Assembly (NCBI GenBank): GCA_964230645.1
Contig: CAXRHT010000002.1
Location: 1,824,001 to 1,888,000 of the forward strand
Length of the DNA stretch: 64,000 nt
From: Bdellovibrionales bacterium
GTDB taxonomy: Bacteria > Bdellovibrionota > Bdellovibrionia > Bdellovibrionales > JAGQZY01
Direction of reading: 5' to 3'
Positions 45,797-56,620 of the stretch are shown here, piece after piece (the first letter of the stretch is position 1; every line of letters begins with the position of its first letter). Made by a program: the position numbers and the translations under genes. Below the pieces are notes generated by a model. The model saw nothing but the letters and a program-made list of their open reading frames with translations. It was not told the DNA's origin and searched no databases.

Positions 45797-46727
45797 CGGT
45801 TTCTATTATAACCCGTTTTTGCTTCCATTTGATGTCCAGATCTGAGTATTGCAATTGTTCGACCACTCGTTTGGCTTTAATTGGATTTAGGTCGGGGACG
45901 GTGAGCTTGCCCCCCTTTATTTTTTTGATAAATTCCCCATGGTTGAGTTTTAATTTTTCATCCATAAGGACAAATTTCACTTCATCACGCAGGTCCTTTG
46001 AGTCAATTCGGGAGATAAAAATATCATACATCAACTCCCCTTCTTCGAGACTTGATTCCTCGGAGTTCGCAAATTCGGTGACGTCTACAGGAGTTGAATC
46101 TGCTTGCTGGGCCACTGGAAATTGCTCGGGAGACTCTTCCTCTTCATCGAAGGAACTCACTCCCCCTTGATCAATGGGATCATTTGAAGAAACCGGCTCC
46201 GCGGCCATTTCCACTTCCGGCTGGGATTCTATCTCATCAGCGGTATCCAGTGGATCTTCCTGAAAATTGTCGTCGTCATTTTGGTTGTCGTCTGCGAAAT
46301 GACCAAAAGCGGGGTTAGCTTCTTGATCCTCTTCACTGAGGTTATCTAACGACTCATCTTCATCAAAGTTTTCAAAGTCTTCATTTTGGTCAGTGTCTGA
46401 AAAATCATCTTTTTCCCCACTGGCACTTTGAGAGGAGTCGTCCCAGTTGTTTTCATCCTCAAAATTGTCGTTATCACCAAAGCTCTGGTCTTCTGCAAAT
46501 TGGTCGGACTCTAGGTCGGTGTCGTCGGTCGTGTTTTCAAAGTCGTCGGTGGAATCATCAGCGGAGAACTCTTCAAAATCATCATCACCCTCGTAGGAAT
46601 CGGGCTCATCGGAAGCCATTTGTACTTGGCCAGAAATATCGATCATGAGCACAGACTGGCAACCGGGACAGGTCACCATTCCAAAATCTTGTTCCAATAC
46701 GGCATCACAAGAAGGGCACTTCGGCAC
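45735..46727 (-). CDS. Zinc-ribbon protein with long acidic linker
   Basis: CPSC...CPGC N-terminus; D/E-rich middle; directly after secA. Confidence 0.75.
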   Translation of the reverse strand: MPKCPSCDAVLEQDFGMVTCPGCQSVLMIDISGQVQMASDEPDSYEGDDDFEEFSADDSTDDFENTTDDTDLESDQFAEDQSFGDNDNFEDENNWDDSSQSASGEKDDFSDTDQNEDFENFDEDESLDNLSEEDQEANPAFGHFADDNQNDDDNFQEDPLDTADEIESQPEVEMAAEPVSSNDPIDQGGVSSFDEEEESPEQFPVAQQADSTPVDVTEFANSEESSLEEGELMYDIFISRIDSKDLRDEVKFVLMDEKLKLNHGEFIKKIKGGKLTVPDLNPIKAKRVVEQLQYSDLDIKWKQKRVIIETVEPEEDFDEGEGIAGEEADL

Positions 46728-46741
46728 TCATAATCCTTTAT

Positions 46742-49417
46742 TTAGAAAAGCTTTTTCTTTTTCTTGTTCTTATCCATTTGCCGTCGTTGTTTACGGCTGA
46801 GTTGGCGCCCATCAGAACCACCCCGGCTTTGTTGAGCTTGCGGTTCAGGCTCAGAGTCACCTTGACCCATCATGGCCCCTCGACCTTCCTGCATCTTCTG
46901 ATTTTCTTGAGGTCGGAAGGCTTCGAGCACTTCGTTTTGCTCCTCTTCACTGGCCTCTTTTTGATGCTCGTGGCGCACTTGAACTTTCATTAGTTTTTCA
47001 ACTGTATCTTTGTTGATCAACTCGTTCATCTCTTCAAAGGCTTGGAAGGTTTCTTTCTTGTACTCAAGCAATGGATCTTTTTGAGCGTAGGCTTTTAAGT
47101 TTACCCACTCTCGAATACGGTCCACACGCTGTAAGTGCTCTTTCCAATAGTGGTCAATAGCACTGAGAAGAATGCTTTTTTGTACGTCTTCGAAGATGGG
47201 CTCCATCATGGCTTTTTGAGCATCAAAGCGGGTTTTCACTTTTTCCATGACAAGGTCGGTGAGCTTATCACCTGTAATCTTCTCTGGAATTTCCACCTCG
47301 ATACCGAATTGGTTTTCAAGGGCAATCCTTAAACCCTCAAGATCCCAGTGCTCTCTTTTCACATTCTCACTAGCGTAGGTGTCTAGAATATTTGAAGTCA
47401 CCTCAGAGAGCATATCAAGAACCGTGGCACCAATCTGGGTGTCCCCTTCTTCGTTTTTCTCAAGCAAAGCTTTTCTTCTAGAGTAGACCGATTTTCTCTG
47501 TTGGTTCATGACATCATCATACTCGAGAAGATGCTTTCTGATTTCAAAGTTGTGACCTTCCACTTTGCGCTGAGCTTTTTCAATGGAGCGAGTTACCATT
47601 TTTGCAGTAATCGGCTCATCTTCTGGCACATTGAGGGTGGTCATGATTTTTTGAATCTGCTCACCGTTGAACTTTCTCATCAAATCATCTTCAAGAGAGA
47701 GGAAAAACCTCGATTCCCCAGGGTCTCCTTGACGGCCCGATCGTCCACGCAACTGATTATCAATTCTTCGGGATTCGTGGCGTTCGGTTCCGATGATGTA
47801 AAGACCGCCGGCTTCAAGCACGACTTTTTTCTCGGCATCACACTGCTCTTGGTATTTTTTTACAGCGGCTTCAAAGTCTGGATGTTCTGGATCACCAAGT
47901 TCACTTAAAGCGAGAGCTTCTGCGTTTCCACCAAGAACGATATCGGTTCCTCGACCGGCCATATTTGTAGCGATTGTTACAGCCCCTTTTCGCCCGGCTT
48001 GCGAAACAATCTCAGCTTCTCTTTCATGGTGTTTTGCGTTCAGAACATTATGGGGAATTTTAGCGGCACTGAGCGCTCGCCCAATGTTCTCTGAACGTTC
48101 GATACTCACCGTTCCTACGAGAACGGGCTGACCTTTTTCTTGCCTTTCTTTGATGTCTTCGGCAATGGCGTTGTATTTCGCTTTTTCGTTTTTATAAACC
48201 ACATCGTCTTGGTCTTTACGAATCATGGGTTTATTTGTCGGGATCACGTGTACATTGAGGCCGTAAATCTTTTTGAACTCGGCAGCCTCTGTATCAGCCG
48301 TTCCGGTCATCCCTGCAAGTTTATCGTACATACGGAAATAGTTCTGGAAGGTGATGGAAGCGAGAGTCTGATTTTCGTTTTTGATTTTCACACCCTCTTT
48401 AGCTTCCACCGCTTGGTGCAAGCCATCACTCCAACGCCTTCCCTCCATCAATCGTCCCGTAAACTCATCCACGATCACAATTTCGTTTCCTTGCACCATA
48501 TAATCCACATCTTTTTTAAAGAGGTGAATGGCTTTTAAGGACTGATAAATGTGGTGAAGTTTATCGATATGTTGCGGATCAAAAATGTTCTCGATATCCA
48601 TGATGGATTCAAGAGCGCTGTTACCCTCTTCTGTGAGAGCCACTGAGCGGTTTTTCTCTTCCATCGTGAAATGAGTTTCTGGAACGAGCTGCTTGGCCAC
48701 CTTATGCATGGCTAAATAGATCTCGGTGTTATCCTCCGCGGGCCCTGAAATAATAAGGGGTGTTCTAGCTTCATCAATTAAGATTGAGTCACACTCATCG
48801 ACGATAGCGTAGTGCAAAGGGCGCTGCACGTAATCGCTGAGATTGTATTTCATATTATCGCGAAGGTAATCAAAACCTAGTTCATTATTTGTGCAATAAG
48901 TGATATCGGCACCATAGGCTCTTTTTCTCTCCGCATCGTTCATATCGTGCTTGATCGTATCAGTCGTTAACCCAAGAAAACTATAAACCTGTCCCATCCA
49001 CTCGGCATCACGAGAAGCTAGATAATCGTTCACCGTAACAACGTGAACGCCTTTTCCTGTAAGAGCATTTAGGTAAACCGGGAGAGTGGCCACAAGAGTT
49101 TTCCCCTCCCCTGTTCTCATCTCAGCACAAGCGCCTGAATGAAGAACATAACCTCCAACAAGTTGAACATCGTAGTGTCTCATCCCCAGCACACGCCAGG
49201 CGGCTTCGCGGCAGACAGCAAAGGCTTCCACCATGAGATCATCAACGGTCTCACCTTTTGAAAGACGCTCTTTAAACTCTGGGGTTTTTGCTTGAAGCTC
49301 CTCATCGGAGAGCTTTTTTAATTCCGGCTCAAGAGCATTGATTTTATCGACGTAAGGCCGGATGACCTTCATATCCCGATCATGGGCTGTTCCAAATAAT
49401 TTAGTAAGAAAACTCAT
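46742..49417 (-). CDS. secA: Preprotein translocase subunit SecA
   Basis: MRTGEGKT, VDECDS, ATNMAGRGTDI, QLRGRSGRQGDPG. Confidence 0.98.
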   Translation of the reverse strand: MSFLTKLFGTAHDRDMKVIRPYVDKINALEPELKKLSDEELQAKTPEFKERLSKGETVDDLMVEAFAVCREAAWRVLGMRHYDVQLVGGYVLHSGACAEMRTGEGKTLVATLPVYLNALTGKGVHVVTVNDYLASRDAEWMGQVYSFLGLTTDTIKHDMNDAERKRAYGADITYCTNNELGFDYLRDNMKYNLSDYVQRPLHYAIVDECDSILIDEARTPLIISGPAEDNTEIYLAMHKVAKQLVPETHFTMEEKNRSVALTEEGNSALESIMDIENIFDPQHIDKLHHIYQSLKAIHLFKKDVDYMVQGNEIVIVDEFTGRLMEGRRWSDGLHQAVEAKEGVKIKNENQTLASITFQNYFRMYDKLAGMTGTADTEAAEFKKIYGLNVHVIPTNKPMIRKDQDDVVYKNEKAKYNAIAEDIKERQEKGQPVLVGTVSIERSENIGRALSAAKIPHNVLNAKHHEREAEIVSQAGRKGAVTIATNMAGRGTDIVLGGNAEALALSELGDPEHPDFEAAVKKYQEQCDAEKKVVLEAGGLYIIGTERHESRRIDNQLRGRSGRQGDPGESRFFLSLEDDLMRKFNGEQIQKIMTTLNVPEDEPITAKMVTRSIEKAQRKVEGHNFEIRKHLLEYDDVMNQQRKSVYSRRKALLEKNEEGDTQIGATVLDMLSEVTSNILDTYASENVKREHWDLEGLRIALENQFGIEVEIPEKITGDKLTDLVMEKVKTRFDAQKAMMEPIFEDVQKSILLSAIDHYWKEHLQRVDRIREWVNLKAYAQKDPLLEYKKETFQAFEEMNELINKDTVEKLMKVQVRHEHQKEASEEEQNEVLEAFRPQENQKMQEGRGAMMGQGDSEPEPQAQQSRGGSDGRQLSRKQRRQMDKNKKKKKLF

Positions 49418-49532
49418 AGTCTCTCCAAGATAAACCATTGATCTCAATTAGCAATCTTTTTACCGAATTTAGGATCTCTCCGAAAACTCAGGTAAGAATC
49501 AGGCTCTTTAAGCTGAGTTTTCGGGTAAGCCC

Positions 49533-50009
49533 TTAGTCTTGGGTTCTTAGCTGCCGCAACCCTTCAAATGTGATGATGGAAACAGAATTTGCAAGGTTAA
49601 GACTTCGTGTGGGTCCAACCATGGGAATTTTAAAGGATTGCGCGGCGCGAGGCCTCCAGATTTCCTCTGGGAGGCCGCGGGTTTCAGGCCCAAAAATAAA
49701 CCAATCCCCTTTTTTGAACTTTTTATCATAGACAACGTTGTCGGTTTTTGTGGTGAGAAAGCTGGCTTGGTCAATGATGGGATGAGTTTTTAAAAACTCC
49801 TCCCAGCTTGCATAATACGTATGTTGGAGATGCTGCCAGTAATCAAGACCCGCACGTCTAACCTGCTTTTCGTCTATGGAAAACCCCATTGGGCCCACGA
49901 GATGCAGATGACAGCCTGAGGCCACGCAAATTCGGCCGATATTTCCAGTGTTGGTGGGAATTTCTGGCTGGTAAAGGACGATGTTGAAGTTTGGCTCGAA
50001 ATTTTTCAC
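49533..50009 (-). CDS. trmL: tRNA (cytidine(34)-2'-O)-methyltransferase
   Basis: PEIPTNTGNI, RRAGLDYW, FGPETRGL, RSLNLANS. Confidence 0.93.
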   Translation of the reverse strand: MKNFEPNFNIVLYQPEIPTNTGNIGRICVASGCHLHLVGPMGFSIDEKQVRRAGLDYWQHLQHTYYASWEEFLKTHPIIDQASFLTTKTDNVVYDKKFKKGDWFIFGPETRGLPEEIWRPRAAQSFKIPMVGPTRSLNLANSVSIITFEGLRQLRTQD

Positions 50010-50605
50010 GATAAAAACAGTGCGGTTTCTTTACCCATGGGAGTTAAAGCTAAGCGGCGGCCTTTATCAACAATTAGTTCCATATTGATCAATTCTCGGT
50101 AGAGATCCATTTTTATGGGAACGATTTCGCGGCTTTTCGATCTCGAAAGTCGAGATATGTACTCCTTGTGGCGCTCCTCGAGAATGTCGAGGACGGTGTG
50201 ATTTTTCTTGAGATAGCTTTGCCAATCATTCTCTGGGACCGTCTTTAATCCCTTGGTGATTTTCTTGGGATTGAGAGTGTAACTCCAGGCCAGTTGGGTA
50301 CTAAAATCACCAACCTTTATGGGAAACTGAGTTCTTTGGTAAAGATTCTTGTCGGGTTTTTGGGGGTCGTAGCCCAAAATCTCATCCATGATGGACCAAA
50401 AAGAGTTCGTCACCTTAAGCTCTAACATATGGCCGTCGACGAGTTCACCCTCTTCTGAAGCGATTAAAGCCGGCATCCCGCAACGCAATTGATAAACAAA
50501 ACCTTTGGCGAAAGCTCTTTTTTCAGACTGGATAAGATTGACGATTTTTTTGTAGTGGGTTTGACCTTTGGCAAATGGACCGTAACAAAAAAAGTTTGCA
50601 ATCAT
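50006..50605 (-). CDS. Gamma-glutamylcyclotransferase-like protein
   Basis: FFCYG, G.PAL, LYQR motifs. Confidence 0.65.
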   Translation of the reverse strand: MIANFFCYGPFAKGQTHYKKIVNLIQSEKRAFAKGFVYQLRCGMPALIASEEGELVDGHMLELKVTNSFWSIMDEILGYDPQKPDKNLYQRTQFPIKVGDFSTQLAWSYTLNPKKITKGLKTVPENDWQSYLKKNHTVLDILEERHKEYISRLSRSKSREIVPIKMDLYRELINMELIVDKGRRLALTPMGKETALFLS

Positions 50606-50817
50606 TTCTAAAGTCTCCCCGGCTGAGCTGCTTTTGAAGAAGCAGGGGTATAACAAAACTTAACCACGGGAGCAATCCTTGACCGGTGTGCACGGCAGAC
50701 ATAATTTTTTTACCAGAACCCCGAGTGAAATTTTTTACACAAGCCCGCCGGAGGGGGCTGAGAGAGGCTTGAAGGCATTAAACACCTGGTCTTTTTCTTT
50801 GACACAAGCGGCACTAA

Positions 50818-51177
<360 letters not shown>

Positions 51178-51209
51178 ATGATTATTTTAAACCAATTGAA
51201 GGAGAAAAA

Positions 51210-52622
51210 ATGACCCCACAAGAAGCCATTGATTTTGCCCATAAGTACGGAGCCAAAATGGTTGATCTCAAGTTCACCGATTTACTTGGAACTTGGCAAC
51301 ACCTCACCATCCCTATCGGCCAGTTGAAAACCAATGTTTTCGAAGAGGGACTCGGGTTTGACGGAAGCTCGATTCGTGGATGGAGAAATATTAATGAGTC
51401 CGACATGGTCATTATGCCTGATGCCGAATCCGTGAAAATGGACCCTTTTACAGAAATCCCTACTGTGAGCTTCGTTTGTGATATCGTTTTACCAGAGACT
51501 CATGAAGCCTACGACCGTGACCCAAGAGCGATTGCTAAAAAAGCATTAAACTATCTCGCCTCCACAGGAATTGCTGACCAAGCTTTTTTCGGACCTGAGG
51601 CCGAGTTTTTTATCTTCGACGACATTCGCTATCAACAAGACGCTAACCTTGGTTTTTACCAAGTGGATTCTGGCGAAGGTCAGTGGAACAGTGGACGCGA
51701 CGAAGGCTCAAACCTCGGTTATAAACCGCGCCACAAAGAGGGTTACTTTCCGGCGATGCCAACCGACACCCTTCACGATATTCGCTCAGAAATCTGTATG
51801 CGCTTAGAAGACGCTGGCATTCCTGTTGAAAGACATCACCACGAAGTGGCCTCAGCCGGACAAGGAGAGATCAACTATCAGTTCGGCGAAATCATTAAAT
51901 CAGCCGATGATCTGCAGTGGTTTAAATATATCGTTAAAAACACCGCTCGACGCCACGGCAAAACAGCCACCTTTATGCCAAAGCCTATTTTTGAGGACAA
52001 TGGTTCTGGAATGCACTGCCATATGTCTTTATGGAAAGACGGCAAGCCTCTTTTTGCGGGTGATGAGTACGCAGGCCTTTCTGAAATGGCTCTTCACTTT
52101 ATCGGTGGTATTTTGAAAAACGCTTCAAGCCTCTGCGCTTTCACTAACCCCACAACCAATTCGTACAAACGCTTGGTTCCAGGTTTTGAAGCTCCAGTGA
52201 AACTCGCTTACAGCTTTAAAAACCGCTCAGCCGCTATCCGAATTCCAAACAGTGGTGACAGTCCCAAAGCCAAACGAATCGAATTCCGCACACCTGATGC
52301 GACAGCCAACCCTTACTTAGCATTTGCTGCTCTGATTATGGCTGGTATTGATGGCATTCAAAACAAAATTCACCCTGGTGACCCACTTGATAAAAACATC
52401 TACGGCCTACCTCCTGAAGAAGCTGCTAAAGTTCCTTCTGTTCCAACAAGCTTGAATGAGTCTTTAATGGAACTTGATCAGAACCATGACTTCCTATTGA
52501 GAGGTGAGGTGTTCTCTGAGGACTTTATTACGAACTGGGTTTCTTATAAGAAGGATCGCGAGATCATTCCGATGCAACAGAGACCAGTGCCGTATGAGTT
52601 CTTTCTTTATTATGATATGTAG
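51210..52622 (+). CDS. glnA: Glutamine synthetase type I
   Basis: [42 protein letters not shown] adenylylation region. Confidence 0.98.
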   Translation: MTPQEAIDFAHKYGAKMVDLKFTDLLGTWQHLTIPIGQLKTNVFEEGLGFDGSSIRGWRNINESDMVIMPDAESVKMDPFTEIPTVSFVCDIVLPETHEAYDRDPRAIAKKALNYLASTGIADQAFFGPEAEFFIFDDIRYQQDANLGFYQVDSGEGQWNSGRDEGSNLGYKPRHKEGYFPAMPTDTLHDIRSEICMRLEDAGIPVERHHHEVASAGQGEINYQFGEIIKSADDLQWFKYIVKNTARRHGKTATFMPKPIFEDNGSGMHCHMSLWKDGKPLFAGDEYAGLSEMALHFIGGILKNASSLCAFTNPTTNSYKRLVPGFEAPVKLAYSFKNRSAAIRIPNSGDSPKAKRIEFRTPDATANPYLAFAALIMAGIDGIQNKIHPGDPLDKNIYGLPPEEAAKVPSVPTSLNESLMELDQNHDFLLRGEVFSEDFITNWVSYKKDREIIPMQQRPVPYEFFLYYDM

Positions 52623-52771
52623 CTCATGGAGTGCCCCGCAGGCACTTTAGTGCCGAGGAGTAGAGGCTCCATGAGCACTAGTCGAGCAAAGCGAGACGGG
52701 GCCCAGCCGGCCTGAGGCGCCCTCCGGCACACTTCATAGCAGAGAAAGGCGACAGTCGAGCAAAGCGAGAC
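52622..52771. repeat. GC-rich REP-like palindromic element in glnA 3' UTR
   Basis: IR GCTCATGGAG (52622-52631)/CTCCATGAGC (52667-52676); 18-bp direct repeat AGTCGAGCAAAGCGAGAC at 52680 and 52754. Confidence 0.75.
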
Positions 52772-52786
52772 TGAAGCCAGAAAAGG

Positions 52787-52816
52787 AAAAAGCAGGCTCA
52801 AAAAGCCTGCTTTTTT
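52787..52816. terminator. Bidirectional intrinsic terminator
   Basis: AAAAAGCAGGCT-caaaa-AGCCTGCTTTTTT. Confidence 0.85.
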
Positions 52817-52873
52817 AATCCCAGACCTCCCCCCCCTAAAAGCAAGGCCTGATAAATTCCATTCAGATTTATA

Positions 52874-53803
52874 TTACTGAGTACCAGCCGTACTCATATT
52901 CGCAGCTCCACTCTGTCCCGGAACCACATAAGTCAGCTGTACATCGAAATTCACCTCAGAGTGCTCACAGTCATACCCATCATTGTCTCCAATAGAAACC
53001 ATGGAAAAACTGTGATCTTGTGGAATTCCTTCAGACATAATCGCTTTGATAAAGTCAGGATCAAAATCAAACTCAATAAAACCCTGTTTGTCGTGGCCTG
53101 GGAAGTTACAGAAGTTAGGGCGAGAAGTACCATCAGGGCAGAAGATGGTTTCCTTGTTATTATCCCAATACATTCCTGCCATTTTACCCCAGTCATAAGA
53201 CAGTAGGTTGAAATTTCCGCGATCAAATTTAGAACTAAAATCGTAGGATGAAGCAATCACCTTCTTATTAAAAAGTAGAATAAAATGATCATCATAAAGG
53301 AAGTCTTGCTTCTCAAACTCGAACTTGGCGTCACAAATCACCGCTCCAGCAGGAAGACCTAAAGAACGATGCTGTTCAATCCTTGCTTGAAAATATTGGT
53401 TTCTTTCTTCCAAGTTTCCGTTCATTTCCCAATCGCAAGTTCTATTGGGTTTCGGAAAATTAAAGTCTTTAAGCACAGCCTGCTTTGCTTGGGTATCACA
53501 AAGGTCCTTAATAATAACCAAATCATCGTCTTCATCACCCATATCAAGCTCATTATTCACTTCATCCTCAACAAGGGTATCATCAGGGTCTCTACCGCCA
53601 TTATCACCAATGACATCCACATCGCTATCCCCATCGGGAATATCAAGTGTAGAATCGTTACCAGAATTATTACCATCAACCTGTTGATCACCAACTTGGC
53701 CTGATGGAGAAACATTTTGTGATTGGCTAAAACCAACCTCTTCCGAACAGTTTTGAAAGAATACCAACGGAATCAACAGTAAAAACGCAGCTAAATATCT
53801 CAT
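52874..53803 (-). CDS. Hypothetical lipoprotein
   Basis: Lipobox FQNC; acidic linker; Cys-paired domain. Confidence 0.75.
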   Translation of the reverse strand: MRYLAAFLLLIPLVFFQNCSEEVGFSQSQNVSPSGQVGDQQVDGNNSGNDSTLDIPDGDSDVDVIGDNGGRDPDDTLVEDEVNNELDMGDEDDDLVIIKDLCDTQAKQAVLKDFNFPKPNRTCDWEMNGNLEERNQYFQARIEQHRSLGLPAGAVICDAKFEFEKQDFLYDDHFILLFNKKVIASSYDFSSKFDRGNFNLLSYDWGKMAGMYWDNNKETIFCPDGTSRPNFCNFPGHDKQGFIEFDFDPDFIKAIMSEGIPQDHSFSMVSIGDNDGYDCEHSEVNFDVQLTYVVPGQSGAANMSTAGTQ

Positions 53804-53832
53804 AGGAAAACCCCCGTTATACAATTAATAGA

Positions 53833-53848
53833 AGCAAGGGCTGTGCCT
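53833..53848 (-). promoter_or_regulatory. Sigma54-type promoter
   Basis: AGGCAC-AGCCC-TTGCT, 30 bp upstream of ATG. Confidence 0.7.
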
Positions 53849-54000
53849 ACTTTTATTGACTCACTTTGGGATTTTTCAGTCAGATCGAAACTAAAGACCT
53901 ACCAAATTAAACAGATGTGTACGATTTTGAACAGCATAAAACTCTTTAACAAGCGTATAAAAAATCAACGTCGCTTTTTGAGATTTTCACAAAAGAATTA

Positions 54001-55509
54001 TCAAGCGTTTTTCTTTTCCTGCTCTTGTTTCTGCTGTTCTGAGAGAATATCAATAACCTTGAGCTCATTGCCGTCGTGATGCATGATTTTTGGTTTCTCA
54101 TCGATCACTGTGACTAAATTTACGGGCCTTCTCCATAGCTTAAAGATGTTTTTTAAGGTTTCCTGAGCGTAGTTGTACTGAACTTCAACCCCTTCAAACA
54201 GGTGGGTTAGGAGAAGCTCGCCACGGTTATTAAAGTTAGCATTTTCTACATGAATGATTGGCTGGCCGAAATTTGTTAACTGAAAGAGAAGCTGCTGCTT
54301 TACAGCTGGAAACTGGCGTGTATCCATCTCGTAACGGCCGGCTCTTTGATTGTATTTGTAAACAAACATTTTGTTACGAATACAGAAATCTTCTGTTAGG
54401 AACTCGTCGATAAATGTTACGTCGTTGTAGTCTCTGCGAACTTCAAAAATTTTCTCGCGCCCAAGGCCAGCGTGGGTATCCCAAGCTTTTTTCTGAGCAA
54501 TGTCGTCACACTCACTCCACTCTTTACCAAAGCGCCCTTTGTTCCAACGATCCTCAATGTCTCTAAAAAGCTCAATTCCAACTTTGTAGGGGTTAAAACC
54601 CGTTGGCGACATCGCAAGCGTTCCAGCACAGGCATCAGCATAATCGATAACTTCACCGTCATGCATAATGGATTCTGTCATGAGTTTTGAATGCCAGTAA
54701 GAAGCCCATCCTTCATTCATTATTTTAGTCATTCCTTGTGGAGCGAAGTAATAGGATTCATTTCGAATAATGGATAGCACATCTTGCTGCCAGTGTTTCA
54801 AGGGAGCGTGATACATAAGAAACAATAAAACATCGCGTTCTGGTTTCTCAGGCACTTTTGCCATCGGCTCTTCTTCTTTTTTCTTCTCAAACTGCCGGCG
54901 GTGCTCCGGGTTGACGTACTCGTCCATGTACTCTCGGTCGAACTTAAGAAGAGCTTTCCTTTGCTCGTCTTGTTTTTCGGTTTTTTTATCAATCGATTCA
55001 GGCTTGTAAGGTGCGTGGCGATCGATAAGGTTTTCAATACTCAAGCACACGTCAATAAAAGATTCGACCTCATCCACGCCGTATCGGTCCATATAGCGTC
55101 GGATTCGAGTGGCGTGGTTAGCCATGGTGTCCATCATTTTTCTGTCTGTTGGGCTAAACCATTTATTGTTTTTAAAGAAATCACAATGGCCATAAACATG
55201 GGCCATCACTAACTTTTGATCGACCGTACGATTACCCTCCATCAGGTAGGCATAGCAAGGATCGTTATTGATCACCATCTCGTAGATTTTTGAAAGACCG
55301 TATTCGTAACTTTTTGAAAGCTTGTCGTACTCCATACCAAACTTCCAGTGAGGATAGCGCACTGGAAAGCCTCCGTAGGCTGCAAACTGGTTCATTTGAT
55401 CATAGGTGACCATTTCAAAAATAGTCTCGTAACAATCAAGGCCCACTGCGCACGCCAGATCCCAGATTCGCTTTCTCTCTTCCTCGAGGTGTGTCGGTAG
55501 GCGACCCAT
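54001..55509 (-). CDS. SpoVR/YcgB family protein
   Basis: YPHWKFG, IYEMVIN, AHVYGHCDFFKNN, TKIMNEGWASYWH. Confidence 0.93.
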   Translation of the reverse strand: MGRLPTHLEEERKRIWDLACAVGLDCYETIFEMVTYDQMNQFAAYGGFPVRYPHWKFGMEYDKLSKSYEYGLSKIYEMVINNDPCYAYLMEGNRTVDQKLVMAHVYGHCDFFKNNKWFSPTDRKMMDTMANHATRIRRYMDRYGVDEVESFIDVCLSIENLIDRHAPYKPESIDKKTEKQDEQRKALLKFDREYMDEYVNPEHRRQFEKKKEEEPMAKVPEKPERDVLLFLMYHAPLKHWQQDVLSIIRNESYYFAPQGMTKIMNEGWASYWHSKLMTESIMHDGEVIDYADACAGTLAMSPTGFNPYKVGIELFRDIEDRWNKGRFGKEWSECDDIAQKKAWDTHAGLGREKIFEVRRDYNDVTFIDEFLTEDFCIRNKMFVYKYNQRAGRYEMDTRQFPAVKQQLLFQLTNFGQPIIHVENANFNNRGELLLTHLFEGVEVQYNYAQETLKNIFKLWRRPVNLVTVIDEKPKIMHHDGNELKVIDILSEQQKQEQEKKNA

Positions 55510-56615
55510 TACTTTCCTTTCCCTAAAAAGTCTTTAATTGATCCCATGATGGCATCCTTATTTTTGATCTTACTGAGCACGATATTGTCTTGGCTTGGAA
55601 ACTCTTTTTCCAAGTCCTTAAAAAATTGCCCACTGCCGTATTTACTTTCCACCTGGCCGTAGCCAAAAAAGTTAACGTAGGGAAGAAGGTTGTCCTTTAG
55701 GATCTTCATGCAAAGTCTTGTGTCATCGCCTGACCAATTGTCCCCGTCACTGAAGTGAAATGGATAGATATTCCACTCATGGGGAGGATAGTCGCGATGG
55801 ATGATGTCGCGGCACAGTTTATAAGCCGAACTAATCAATGTTCCACCAGACTCACTGGTTCGAAAGAAGGTGTCTTCTTCTACTTCTCTAGCGGAAGCAT
55901 CATGAATAATAAATCGAGTCTCAAGGCCTTTATAATGTTTTTTAAGCCACGTATTGATCCAAAAACTTTCAAGTCTCACGATTTCTTTTTGTTCATTCCC
56001 CATAGATCCAGAAACATCCATGATATAGATCACTACAGCATTGGCCTGAGGTTTTTGAGTCAGTTTAGTGGACCGATAGCGATAGTCTCCACGGATAGGT
56101 ACGATCACAGGATTTTCTGGATCATACATTCCACTTGCAATCAGCCTTTTAAGAGCTCTCTTATAAGAGGACTTAAAATGCCTTAAGCCCTCAGGACCTA
56201 CGGGAGCAAGCCCTGAGTAACGGTTTTTATCACTAGCAATTTTTGAACCCTTGGGTTCAATGCGTGGAAGTTCAAGCTCGTCACCCAAGATTTCTGCCAG
56301 TTCATCAAAAGTGATGTCCACTTCAATTTCGTGCTCACCTTCTTCGTTACCGGCTTTACCTTTTCCTGGTTTTTTCTGGTCTCCCTGGCCTTTACCCACT
56401 TGATCGCCAGGTTTTCCTTCTCCCTGACCGACACCACCTTTTTGTTTGGGGCCGTATTTGAAGCGAGGAATATCAATATAAGGAACAGGGATTTTGACAT
56501 AGTCCTTCTCCCTTTTACCGATCATCTCACCGTGGGTGACATAGTCTTTAAAGTTCTCCTTAATTTTTCCGCGAACAATGTCGCGGAATCTATTTTGGTC
56601 CTCGCGTATCGACAT
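55509..56615 (-). CDS. DUF444 (YeaH/YhbH) vWA-like protein
   Basis: [22 protein letters not shown]. Confidence 0.92.
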   Translation of the reverse strand: MSIREDQNRFRDIVRGKIKENFKDYVTHGEMIGKREKDYVKIPVPYIDIPRFKYGPKQKGGVGQGEGKPGDQVGKGQGDQKKPGKGKAGNEEGEHEIEVDITFDELAEILGDELELPRIEPKGSKIASDKNRYSGLAPVGPEGLRHFKSSYKRALKRLIASGMYDPENPVIVPIRGDYRYRSTKLTQKPQANAVVIYIMDVSGSMGNEQKEIVRLESFWINTWLKKHYKGLETRFIIHDASAREVEEDTFFRTSESGGTLISSAYKLCRDIIHRDYPPHEWNIYPFHFSDGDNWSGDDTRLCMKILKDNLLPYVNFFGYGQVESKYGSGQFFKDLEKEFPSQDNIVLSKIKNKDAIMGSIKDFLGKGK

Positions 56616-56620
56616 GGATT

